From assembly GCA_934385225.1 (NCBI GenBank), contig CAKRPQ010000003.1, forward strand, positions 1 to 58,405: DNA of 58,405 nucleotides, written 5' to 3'. The stretch is from an uncultured Eubacteriales bacterium (lineage in GTDB: Bacteria > Bacillota > Clostridia > Oscillospirales > CAG-272). The notes below the pieces were generated by a model, which saw nothing but the letters and a program-made list of their open reading frames with translations, did not search any database and had not been told where the DNA came from. Positions 44,043 through 52,856 of this stretch are shown here, one piece after another (the first letter of the stretch is position 1; each line of letters starts with the position of its first letter). A program made the position numbers and the translations under genes.

Positions 44043-44912
44043 ATGAAAATTTCCGTCAGCTCCTATTCTTTTAATCAATACCTGTCGCGCGGCGAAATGA
44101 CGCAGGCGGATACGGTGGAAAAAGCCGCTAAGCTCGGATTTTCGGGGATAGAGTTTACCGATCTTGTCCCGAAAGGCGAAAATACGCTTTCCGCGCGTGT
44201 AAAATACGCCGAATTTCTTCGGAAAAAGGCGGAGGAGTGCGGCATTTCCGTCGTCGCGTATGCGATAGGCGCGTCGCTGTTTAATCCCGATGCGGAAAAG
44301 CGCGCGTCGGAGGTCCTTCGCGTCTGCGGCGAGCTTGAAGTTGCCGCCGCGCTCGGTGCACCTCTTATGCGCCACGACGTGACGTGGTCGCTTGACTTTG
44401 ACGGCAGGCGTTACAGCTTTGACCGCCAGCTCCCGTATATAGCGGATAGCGCGCGGGAGATAACAGAGCGCGCCGAAAAGCTCGGGATAAAGACCTGTAC
44501 GGAAAATCACGGCTTTATCGCGCAGGACAGCGACAGAATGGAGAGGCTTTTTAACGCCGTCGGACACGAAAACTACGGACTTCTCTGCGATATAGGCAAT
44601 TTTGCCTGCGCCGACGAGGACAGTGCCGCGGCGGTGTCGCGCGTCGCGCCGTATGTAATCCACGTCCACGCAAAGGACTTTTACATAAGGGATTTCGGCG
44701 AGAAGCCGTATTCGGATAAATGTTTTATGTCGAGAGGCTGCCGAAGCCTTGTCGGCGCGGTTCTCGGTGAGGGAGACATAAAGACCGCGCAGTGTATGGC
44801 TATACTCAAAAAGGCAGGCTACGACGGTTACGTTTCGATAGAGTACGAGGGTGCGGAGGAGTGCGTGAGCGCACTTACGAGAGGGATTTGCAACCTTGAA
44901 AAAATAATATGA
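44043..44912 (+). CDS. sugar phosphate isomerase/epimerase-like TIM-barrel protein (second copy)
   Basis: The fold markers are GIEFTDL, TENHGF, LLCDIGNF and HVHAKDF. Confidence 0.75.
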   Translation: MKISVSSYSFNQYLSRGEMTQADTVEKAAKLGFSGIEFTDLVPKGENTLSARVKYAEFLRKKAEECGISVVAYAIGASLFNPDAEKRASEVLRVCGELEVAAALGAPLMRHDVTWSLDFDGRRYSFDRQLPYIADSAREITERAEKLGIKTCTENHGFIAQDSDRMERLFNAVGHENYGLLCDIGNFACADEDSAAAVSRVAPYVIHVHAKDFYIRDFGEKPYSDKCFMSRGCRSLVGAVLGEGDIKTAQCMAILKKAGYDGYVSIEYEGAEECVSALTRGICNLEKII

Positions 44913-44940
44913 AAATTATTAACAAGGAGAATTAAAAAAA

Positions 44941-45663
44941 GTGAAACTGATTCTTTGCAAAACCTACGAAGAAATGTCCGCCGCAGCGGCGGACGAAATA
45001 AGCGATCTCGTCAGAGAAAAGCCGTACTGCACGCTGGGACTTGCGACAGGCTCTACGCCCGTCGGCACATACCGCCAGCTTGTGCGCAGATACGAGCGCG
45101 GAGAGCTTGATTTTTCGCACGTCACAACATTCAACCTTGACGAATACTACCCGATAGCGCATAAAAATCCGCAGAGTTACTACTATTTTATGCACGAAAA
45201 CTTTTTTGACCATGTGAATATCGACAGCGCGAACATCAACATTCCGAACGGCGAGGCGGAAAATCCCGAAGCGGAGTGCAGAAGATACGAGGATCTGCTC
45301 TGCGCGGCAGGCTCCGTCGATCTGCAACTGCTCGGCATCGGTCAGAACGGTCATATCGGCTTCAACGAACCCGACGGTGTTCTTCACGCGTCAACGCACA
45401 TTACGAACCTTACGGAGAGCACTATTTCGGCAAACTCGCGCTTCTTTTCGGGCGAAGAGGAAGTTCCGCGCCGCGCGCTCACAATGGGAATAGGCACTAT
45501 ACTCAAAGCGAGAAAGATTATTCTTCTCGCAAACGGGAAATCGAAGCACGACGCAATAAAGGCTCTGCTCGACGACGTTATAACGACGAATATTCCCGCA
45601 ACGGTGCTTAAAACTCACCCGAATGTGACTCTTATCTGCGACGAGGAAGCCTACTATGAATAA
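44941..45663 (+). CDS. nagB: glucosamine-6-phosphate deaminase
   Basis: The motifs are LGLATGSTPVGTYRQL, FNLDEY and LLGIGQNGHIGFNEP. The GTG start has an AAGGAGA RBS. Confidence 0.9.
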   Translation: MKLILCKTYEEMSAAAADEISDLVREKPYCTLGLATGSTPVGTYRQLVRRYERGELDFSHVTTFNLDEYYPIAHKNPQSYYYFMHENFFDHVNIDSANINIPNGEAENPEAECRRYEDLLCAAGSVDLQLLGIGQNGHIGFNEPDGVLHASTHITNLTESTISANSRFFSGEEEVPRRALTMGIGTILKARKIILLANGKSKHDAIKALLDDVITTNIPATVLKTHPNVTLICDEEAYYE

Positions 45664-46732
45664 ATATGAGATAATAAAAAACGCTCTTCTCGGCGACACT
45701 GTCACGGACGTTATCGTTTACGGCGGAAAGATAATCAGCATAGGCAAAACGACGACCCTTGCGGAGGACGTCATCGACCTTGACGGCGCGAGACTGCTCC
45801 CGGGACTTGTCGATATACATACGCACGGCGCACTCGGCTACGACACGATGGACGCAGTCGGCGGAGGACTATGCAAAATGGCAAAATTCCTTAAAGAAAA
45901 CGGCGTGACGTCGTTTTATCCGACGACGATGACGATGGGAAAAGCGGAAATAGAAAAAGCACTCTCGCAGGAGATACCGACGGGTGCGGAGTATGCGGAA
46001 GTTCTCGGTTTTCATATGGAGGGGCCGTATATTTCCGCAAAACATAAGGGCGCGCAGAACGAGGCGGATATAAAAGATCCGACCGTTGCCGAATTTTCGG
46101 GCTTTAAGGGCGTAAAACTGCTCACGCTTGCTCCCGAACTTGCGGGAAGTGCGGAGGTCATTAAATACTGCGCCGAAAACGGCATAAGAACCTGCCTAGG
46201 ACACACCGACGCGGACTACGATACTGCGCTCGGAGCGTTCGGCGCAGGCGCGGACTGCCTTACGCATACGTTCAATGCCATGCCGCCGATGCTTCACCGC
46301 GCACCGGGACCTGTCGGCGCGGCGGTAACGGCAGACGCATACGCGCAGGTCATCTGCGACGGCATTCATATTCACCCCGCGGTGATAAACGCGCTCTACC
46401 GCATATTCGGCGCGGACAGAATGATACTCATAAGCGACGCAATGCGCGCGACGGGTATGCCCGACGGCGAATATATGTTCGGCGGGCAGAAAATGACCGT
46501 AAAGGATTCGGTTGCGAGAACGGCGGACGGCGCGCTTGCCGGCAGTACCTCAACGCTTCTGCACTGCGTCGAAAAGGCGATCGAATTCGGTATTCCCGCG
46601 CCCGACGCATATAAAATGGCGTCCGAAACACCGGCAAAAATGATGGGGCTTCGCAAAGGACGTATCGAAGTCGGTTTTGACGCGAATTTTATCGTCGCCA
46701 CGCCCGATTACAAGTTTATAAGAACGCTTTGA
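45656..46732 (+). CDS. nagA: N-acetylglucosamine-6-phosphate deacetylase
   Basis: The motifs are PGLVDIHTHGALGYD, GFHMEGPYIS, THTFNAM and ISDAM. It overlaps nagB by 8 nt. Confidence 0.9.
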   Translation: MNKYEIIKNALLGDTVTDVIVYGGKIISIGKTTTLAEDVIDLDGARLLPGLVDIHTHGALGYDTMDAVGGGLCKMAKFLKENGVTSFYPTTMTMGKAEIEKALSQEIPTGAEYAEVLGFHMEGPYISAKHKGAQNEADIKDPTVAEFSGFKGVKLLTLAPELAGSAEVIKYCAENGIRTCLGHTDADYDTALGAFGAGADCLTHTFNAMPPMLHRAPGPVGAAVTADAYAQVICDGIHIHPAVINALYRIFGADRMILISDAMRATGMPDGEYMFGGQKMTVKDSVARTADGALAGSTSTLLHCVEKAIEFGIPAPDAYKMASETPAKMMGLRKGRIEVGFDANFIVATPDYKFIRTL

Positions 46733-46747
46733 CCCCTGTTTGCAATT

Positions 46748-48379
46748 TTATTTTTCAAAAAACATCTCTATGCGCAAGGGTGACGGCACTTCGACCGTGA
46801 AATCGGCATAAAAAGAATCTCCTACGACGGAAGTAGAGTAATTTGCTTTTTCACCGCCGATTTTCACACCAATTAAAGCCTTACCCTTCGGAATAAGAAT
46901 GTGTGCATTGACTTTTTTTGCGGGGGAATACAAATCATAACGCATGCCGCGTTCGGTCAGAATATACCTGATATCAACCTTTATGTGCGTTTTCTCATAA
47001 CCTGTAATATAGCGGAGTTCTTTATACTGAGTGACAGGAAAACGCGGAGAAAAAGCGATTTCTTCATACTTGTTGTCGAGATCCTTTATACCTGCCAGTC
47101 CTTCGTCTATGGCACAGAGTATTGCTGCGGCACCCCATGCGCGCGGTCCCATAGTATCCTGGGGAGTGCCGTCTGTCGGAGTATAGAGGAAATAGAGCAT
47201 ACCGTCACGTTCAGCCATTTTCATGAGACGCCGAATTATATCATAAGCGTATTCTTCGTAACCGCATTCGAATGCGCCTCTTGCGAGTTCTCCCGCAACG
47301 AAAGGAGAAACCGCACCGTTTACATACTGTCCGGGGCCGTAGCCGTTGAACATTTCGTACGGAGGATCGAGACAAAGCCATTCGGCAAAACTGCCGATTT
47401 TGTCTCTGCGTGCTATGTATTCTTCTATTACACTTCTTGCTTCCTCTGTTGTAAATATTCCTCTGTTCAGCGCGTAGGCGTTTGACAGAGAGAGGCGGTT
47501 TCTTTCGAGATTATCCGCACCGTCGTGTCCGAGATGAAGCTCGTGTATGAAATGTCTTCCGTTCCAAAGATACCTAAAAATGTTTTCTTTCAGTTTTTTT
47601 GCGCGTTTCTCCCAGTCTGCCGCCTTTTCGGTCATACCGAGCTTGCGTGCAAAGAATGCAAGCGTAAGCATTGCCGAATATACACCGGTGTTGTCGCCGT
47701 GCATAACGGACATTGGGCTGTTGTCGTATATGCGTCGATCGTTACCGCTTTGTTTGTAGCAGAAATCCCATGTGTCAATACTGAACGGTCTTTTGATAAG
47801 ACCATGTTCATTGTCCCAGCGCTTTGGATCTGACGTTATGTAATTTATGCCCCTTTCGAGAGCGGGAAAGATTTTTCTGAGGTGTTCTGTGTCGCCTGTG
47901 ACGCGGAAACAATAAAGCGCTCCTTCCACAACGAGATATTCGACGTCGGCTTCAAGTTCGAGACGCACAAGCGACATATTGTCATCGGGAAATAAAATAC
48001 GACAGTCATCGTTTACCATCGCCCAGTGGCGATCGTCCATCTGCTTGACAAGCTCATAGAACTGGCCGTCCGAGCGCTGTGTGTCGATTATGTAGTTTAG
48101 AAATGAGTCGATGTCGTATTCCCAGTGAATAAAAGATTTCATTTCGTGGACATGATCTCTTATCCAGTTTTTGCTGCACATAAGTATTCTGCCGTCCATA
48201 AAGACAAGACGTCTGTCGTCCCAAATAAGACTGCGAAGTTTTTTCATAAAATTGCCGAGGTTCGGATCAAGTGAGGTCAGTATTCCGGGGAATCCGAGTT
48301 CTTCGTTGTTGTATGTCCCGCATATCGTGCCGTCATCGGCATACATTGAGGGCAACGGGTGAGTGAATTTTATTTCCAT
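46748..48379 (-). CDS. putative (alpha/alpha)6-barrel glycoside hydrolase-like protein (family unassigned)
   Basis: It is 543 aa. Its helix-rich repeats and the segments GDNTGVYSAML, NGAVSPFVAGELA and PRAWGAAAIL resemble six-hairpin glycosidases. The start is at MEIKFTH (GGGAGG RBS). Confidence 0.45.
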   Translation of the reverse strand: MEIKFTHPLPSMYADDGTICGTYNNEELGFPGILTSLDPNLGNFMKKLRSLIWDDRRLVFMDGRILMCSKNWIRDHVHEMKSFIHWEYDIDSFLNYIIDTQRSDGQFYELVKQMDDRHWAMVNDDCRILFPDDNMSLVRLELEADVEYLVVEGALYCFRVTGDTEHLRKIFPALERGINYITSDPKRWDNEHGLIKRPFSIDTWDFCYKQSGNDRRIYDNSPMSVMHGDNTGVYSAMLTLAFFARKLGMTEKAADWEKRAKKLKENIFRYLWNGRHFIHELHLGHDGADNLERNRLSLSNAYALNRGIFTTEEARSVIEEYIARRDKIGSFAEWLCLDPPYEMFNGYGPGQYVNGAVSPFVAGELARGAFECGYEEYAYDIIRRLMKMAERDGMLYFLYTPTDGTPQDTMGPRAWGAAAILCAIDEGLAGIKDLDNKYEEIAFSPRFPVTQYKELRYITGYEKTHIKVDIRYILTERGMRYDLYSPAKKVNAHILIPKGKALIGVKIGGEKANYSTSVVGDSFYADFTVEVPSPLRIEMFFEK

Positions 48380-48399
48380 GATATTAAACCTCCCGCGTG

Positions 48400-49254
48400 C
48401 TAAAACACGCTGATAATTATGATTGAAAGTGTTCCGAGAGCTATTCCGATAAGCGAGTGCGGGGTAGTTTCCTCGCCGAATCCGAGTATTCCGCAAAGGG
48501 CGGAGAGCAGAATGACGCTGCCGTTGAAGATGGGGTAGAACAGTATACCGGGGAGCTTGCCGGCAAGCATTATATTAAGATTGTTGTAAAGACACCCGAC
48601 AAACCCGCAAAGTATTATGAGGATAAAAGACGAGCGTTTTTTCAGAACGGTCTGCTTACGGAACATATCGGTAAACAACCCGCAAAAGAACAGGAACACC
48701 GTAATTACGGCAGAGCCTATAAGCATCATTCGATTACGGTCGCCGCCGCCCGCTTTGTGAAAGGCTTTGAAGAGTATGCCGACGGCAGCGGCACTTGCGA
48801 GAAAACCGATGCAGAAAAACCACCATTTTTTTTTGCGCGATGTGCCGTCGTTTTTATATGTACAGAGAAATACCGATACGCACAGCAAAATAAGTCCGAT
48901 GAATTGAGGGACACTTATTTTTTCGTTCCATATGAGAAAGCCGGCCAGCGTCGAGATGAGCAGAGAACAGTTGCCGATAAAGGTTGTTACCGAAACAGGA
49001 CCTGACGACATAGCACCGCTCTTGCACAGCAGAAATGCACTCTGCGTAAGCCCGTACAGAACGCCGAAAAGAATTTCGTTTGACGTAAAGAAAAAAGGCG
49101 GATGGCAAACGGCGAACATTATTGTGAGCCAAACCGAGGCGCAGATGAAATTGAACAAAAAATTATTGCGCTTGTATCCGAGAGGAAAGGTGTGGAGAAT
49201 AAGGTTGTTTGATAGGGCGGCGGTGATTGACAACGCGAGCAGAAACACATCCAT
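48400..49254 (-). CDS. DMT/EamA-like 10-TM membrane transporter
   Basis: It has two similar 5-TM halves and is co-oriented with, and 20 nt downstream of, the GH-like gene. The start is at MDVFLLALS. Confidence 0.45.
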   Translation of the reverse strand: MDVFLLALSITAALSNNLILHTFPLGYKRNNFLFNFICASVWLTIMFAVCHPPFFFTSNEILFGVLYGLTQSAFLLCKSGAMSSGPVSVTTFIGNCSLLISTLAGFLIWNEKISVPQFIGLILLCVSVFLCTYKNDGTSRKKKWWFFCIGFLASAAAVGILFKAFHKAGGGDRNRMMLIGSAVITVFLFFCGLFTDMFRKQTVLKKRSSFILIILCGFVGCLYNNLNIMLAGKLPGILFYPIFNGSVILLSALCGILGFGEETTPHSLIGIALGTLSIIIISVF

Positions 49255-49396
49255 TTTCGAAACTCCTCTCGCCCTAATAATAGCACGTTTTTTACGCAAA
49301 ATCTATATGATTTTTATGCTTTTTATGCTATTATCGCTCATATTTGCTTGACATAGCATCGAACATGTGCTAAAATAAAGGAGGGGGGGACGAAAT

Positions 49397-50218
49397 TTGG
49401 AAAAATATGAATTTTCAAAAATCTCTGCCGGAATAAATCAAATGCGGGAGAACCCGTACATTTTTCAGATGCGTGAAGGGAAGAAATGCTCGTCTGTTCT
49501 GCACACACATGATTTTTATGAGATAATTGTAACGCTTGTGGGAGAAACCGAACAATTAATAAACGGTGTCGGTAAGCGTTTTTCGTGTGGCGAGGGTGTA
49601 CTTCTCTGCCCGGGGGCATCACATAAATTCCTTTCAAGCACGAATGACGGGCAGGTGTTTGCTCTTTCGGTGAAAGGTGATGAATTTGAGCTGTTTTCAA
49701 AGGCGTTTGATTTGCGCGAGTGCAAGGAAAATGCCGCGATTTTTTTCTCCGCAGACGATATGTATATTATCGGCCAAAGAATAAATAATTTTCGGAATTT
49801 CTCTCCGAACGGGAGGACGCACGCTTTTCGCGCACTGCTTGCCGACTGTTTGATACTCATAGGTGCTAACGGGGAAGACAAGGGCAAAAAAGACAATAAA
49901 AACTTTTCGCGGACCTTTCGCGAGTTTTCAAAGCCGGAAAACCTTCGCATAGGCATGCCGGCACTTTTAAGACTGTCCGGTTACAGTCAGGCGCAACTCA
50001 CGCGCGTTTTACGTCGCGAATACGGTAAAACACCGCATGAAATGATTTTATCCGCGCGAATGGATTATGCCTACCGCCTTATAACGCAAAACGGCGCTTC
50101 GACTGAAAATGCCTGCCGCAGCTGCGGCTTCGGCTCGCTCAGCCATTTTACAAAGGTGTTCACAAAAACATTTTTTGTTTCGCCGTCAGAATTGCGCAAA
50201 CGTTTTCGCACAATATAA
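49397..50218 (+). CDS. AraC-family transcriptional regulator
   Basis: The C-terminal HTH reads LLRLSGYSQAQLTRVLRREYGKTPHEMILSARMDYAYRLI...ACRSCGFGSLSHFTKVFTKTFFVSPSELR. It has a TTG start. Confidence 0.8.
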   Translation: MEKYEFSKISAGINQMRENPYIFQMREGKKCSSVLHTHDFYEIIVTLVGETEQLINGVGKRFSCGEGVLLCPGASHKFLSSTNDGQVFALSVKGDEFELFSKAFDLRECKENAAIFFSADDMYIIGQRINNFRNFSPNGRTHAFRALLADCLILIGANGEDKGKKDNKNFSRTFREFSKPENLRIGMPALLRLSGYSQAQLTRVLRREYGKTPHEMILSARMDYAYRLITQNGASTENACRSCGFGSLSHFTKVFTKTFFVSPSELRKRFRTI

Positions 50219-50247
50219 GAGCGCGGCAATGCCGCGCTCTTTTTTTA
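50218..50247. terminator. bidirectional rho-independent terminator
   Basis: A 10-bp stem agagcgcggc / gccgcgctct is followed by T7. It is shared by the convergent AraC and sigma-factor genes. Confidence 0.8.
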
Positions 50248-50949
50248 TGACTCCATCGCCTTTTTCAGTTTTTCGAGCGAGCTTTTTTCTATTCTGCTGA
50301 CGTAGGAGCGCGAAATCCCGAGTCTTTCGGCGACTTCTCGCTGCGGGAGCGGTTTCGCGCCCGAAAGACCGTAGCGGAGCGTTATTATTCGCCTTTCCCT
50401 GTCCGATAACACCTGCTCCACGCACCTTACTGCTCTCGCCGAGCGCATTTCGAGATCGACCTCGTCGGCAATACATTCGTCGCTGCATATTACGTCGCCG
50501 TATGTGAGCGGGTTGCCGTCCCTGTCAATGTCGATAGTCTCGTTTATCGACACCTCCGAGGCGAGTTTTTTTTGCGAGCGGAAGTACATAAGTATCTCGT
50601 TCTGGATACATTTCGCGCCGTATGTGGCAAAGCGCGTTCCGCTCCGAGGATTGAACGAGTCAACCGCCTTTACAAGCCCTATCGTCCCGACGGAAACAAG
50701 ATCCTCCGAGCATTTGCTTGACGAATAGTATTTGCGGACGATGTGCGCGACAAGGCGGAGGTTGTGCAGTATCAGCTTTTCACGCGCCTCCGCGTCGCCG
50801 TTTTCACGCGCGCGGACAAAACATTCCCTTTCTTCCTCTGCGCAAAGCGGCGGCGGGAAATTCTGCGGTGATTCGATACCGAGTATCATGCACGCGGCTT
50901 TAAGGGCGGCGGATAGTAAAAATGTAAGCAAACAATCACCTCGTTTCAT
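50245..50949 (-). CDS. sigK: sporulation sigma factor, SigK-like (SigE/SigK group), uninterrupted
   Basis: It has a pro-sequence-like N-terminus followed by NFPPPL. The motifs are HNLRLVAHIVRKY, SVGTIGLVKAV, ATYGAKCIQNEILMYFR and GISRSYVSRIEK, which are closer to B. subtilis SigK than to SigE from memory. Confidence 0.6.
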   Translation of the reverse strand: MKRGDCLLTFLLSAALKAACMILGIESPQNFPPPLCAEEERECFVRARENGDAEAREKLILHNLRLVAHIVRKYYSSSKCSEDLVSVGTIGLVKAVDSFNPRSGTRFATYGAKCIQNEILMYFRSQKKLASEVSINETIDIDRDGNPLTYGDVICSDECIADEVDLEMRSARAVRCVEQVLSDRERRIITLRYGLSGAKPLPQREVAERLGISRSYVSRIEKSSLEKLKKAMES

Positions 50950-50987
50950 TCAATTTTATGCAATTAAATGAAATCCTTGCCTGTACA

Positions 50988-51016
50988 TTGACTTTGTGCG
51001 GCTTGTATGCTATAAT
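50988..51016 (+). promoter_or_regulatory. SigA-type promoter of the phosphofructokinase gene
   Basis: TTGACT (50988-50993), 17-nt spacer, TATAAT (51011-51016). Confidence 0.7.
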
Positions 51017-51062
51017 TATAATAATACAAAAAAATACATTTTTCGAAGGTGTCGTAATTATA

Positions 51063-52289
51063 ATGAATAAACTTATCGGAAACGCCGTCGTCGGGCAGTC
51101 GGGCGGACCGACCGCAGCGATAAACGCAACTCTTGCGGGCGTAATAAGAGAGGCGGAAAAGAACCGCGACGCGATAAAGACCCTTTACGGTATGAGAAAC
51201 GGTATAGAGGGACTTCTCGCGGAAAACCTTGTCGATCTTTTCGCTCTTTTTGATAGCGAAAAAAAGCTCACCCATCTTGAACATACACCCGCGTCCGCGC
51301 TCGGCTCGTGCCGAAAGAAACTCCCCGACGCAGAGAGCGACCCCGATTTTTACGACAGGCTTGTCGCCATATTCAAAAAGTACGATATAAGATATTTCTT
51401 CTATATCGGCGGTAACGATTCGATGGATACCGTCGCAAAGCTCGATACCTTTTTTGAAAATTACGACTACGATATAAGAATAATCGGCATTCCCAAGACG
51501 ATAGACAACGACCTCGTAATAACGGATCATACGCCCGGTTTCGGCTCGGCGGCAAAGTATATCGCAACGATGACGCAGGAGATACTTTGCGACTGCGCCG
51601 TCTATACTCTCCGCGCGGTGACGATTATTGAGATAATGGGAAGAGACGCGGGCTGGCTCACGGCATCGTCCGCTATCGGCAGAGCCGTTTGCGGCAGAGA
51701 ACCCGATCTCGTTTACCTGCCCGAGGTCACTTTTGACCGCGAAAAGTTCATTTCGGACGTAAATAAAGCGCTTTCGAAACATTCGAACGTCGTTGTTGCC
51801 GTCTCCGAGGGCATACGCGATGCGGACGGTAACTATATCGGCGCGTCAAGCGGCGCGACCGACGTTTTCGGACATAAATATCTCGCGGGCAGCGGTAAAA
51901 CGCTCGAACTTCTTGTCAAAAAGGAGATCGGCTGTAAGGTGCGTTCGATAGAACTTAACCTTTGCCAGAGATGCGCGTCGCACGCCGCGTCGAAAACGGA
52001 TCTCACCGAGTCCGCGTCTGTCGGCTCACACGCTGTAAGTACGGCTGTTTCGGGCATAAGCGGCGTCGTTATGACGATTCTGCGCACGTCCGATGACCCC
52101 TATACCGTCAAATACGGTATGGCAAGAGCCGAGGATATTGCGAATAAGACGAAATACGTCCCGCGCGAGTTCATAAACGCCGAGGGTAACGGCGTGACCG
52201 ACGAATGTATAAAATACCTCCTTCCGCTGATAAAAGGCGAAGTCGAACCCGAATATAAAGACGGTCTTCCCGTTCATATGGTTATCTGA
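51063..52289 (+). CDS. phosphofructokinase-family protein, PPi-dependent-like (GGNDS motif)
   Basis: The motifs are VGQSGGPTAAINA, FFYIGGNDSMDT, IGIPKTIDNDL and MGRDAGWL. Asp stands at the position that is Gly in ATP-PFK GGDGS. The start was re-picked at MNKLIGN. Confidence 0.75.
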   Translation: MNKLIGNAVVGQSGGPTAAINATLAGVIREAEKNRDAIKTLYGMRNGIEGLLAENLVDLFALFDSEKKLTHLEHTPASALGSCRKKLPDAESDPDFYDRLVAIFKKYDIRYFFYIGGNDSMDTVAKLDTFFENYDYDIRIIGIPKTIDNDLVITDHTPGFGSAAKYIATMTQEILCDCAVYTLRAVTIIEIMGRDAGWLTASSAIGRAVCGREPDLVYLPEVTFDREKFISDVNKALSKHSNVVVAVSEGIRDADGNYIGASSGATDVFGHKYLAGSGKTLELLVKKEIGCKVRSIELNLCQRCASHAASKTDLTESASVGSHAVSTAVSGISGVVMTILRTSDDPYTVKYGMARAEDIANKTKYVPREFINAEGNGVTDECIKYLLPLIKGEVEPEYKDGLPVHMVI

Positions 52290-52294
52290 AAAAA

Positions 52295-52742
52295 AGCCTC
52301 CCTTGTGTAAAGGGAGGTGGCACGGCTTGCCGTGACGGAGGGATTGTATTTGCAAAGAAAACATAATAAAGATATTGTTCCGACAGCAAAGATTTTGAGA
52401 AAGAATATGACAAAGGAAGAAAATCATCTTTGGTATGATTTTTTGCGTACATACCCTGTTCGTTTTTCCCGACAAAAGGTTCTCGGCAGATATATTGCGG
52501 ATTTTTACTGCGCCGAGGCGAGGCTTGTCATTGAACTTGACGGATCGGGGCATTACACGGCAGAAGGAAAGCGGCATGATGAGATACGCAGGCTTTTCTT
52601 GAAGGCTATGGAATTTCGGTTGTCAGAATATCGAACACGGCAATCAACAACAACTTTCGAGGTGTATGCGGTTATATAGACCGTATTGTTGAACAATCCC
52701 TCAGTCACCTGCGGTGACAGCTCCCTTTACACAAGGGAGCCT
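52295..52742 (+). mobile_element. DUF559-gene cassette bounded by ~50-bp imperfect terminal inverted repeats (putative small selfish element)
   Basis: The left arm is 52295-52347 and the right arm 52693-52742. The reverse complement of the right arm aligns with the left arm: aggctcccttgtgtaaagggag... vs agcctcccttgtgtaaagggag..., both ending ...gagggattgt. Each arm folds into two hairpins. Confidence 0.65.
52317..52717 (+). pseudogene. DUF559 (Vsr-like endonuclease domain) gene, apparently frameshifted
   Basis: Frame A encodes ...AKILRKNMTKEENHLWYDFLRTYPVRFSRQKVLGRYIADFYCAEARLVIELDGSGHYTAEGKRHDEIRR. The family-typical continuation AFLEGYGISVVRISNTAINNNFRGVCGYI... is in the +2 frame from ~52592 and ends at TGA 52715-52717. 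Confidence 0.7.
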
Positions 52743-52856
52743 TTTTGTTTTGCCGATTTCACATTTTGTGCAAAATGACGATTTTTCGGTTTTGCAAAAA
52801 AAGTGTTGACAAATATAGTGTTATAATGTATTATAATATACAGGGGGGTATGGATT

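Noticed and set aside
52583-52597. Programmed ribosomal frameshift in the DUF559 gene
   Set aside because: There is no slippery heptamer or downstream stimulatory structure at the shift point. A simple 1-nt deletion or a sequencing error near the ggctttt run is more likely.
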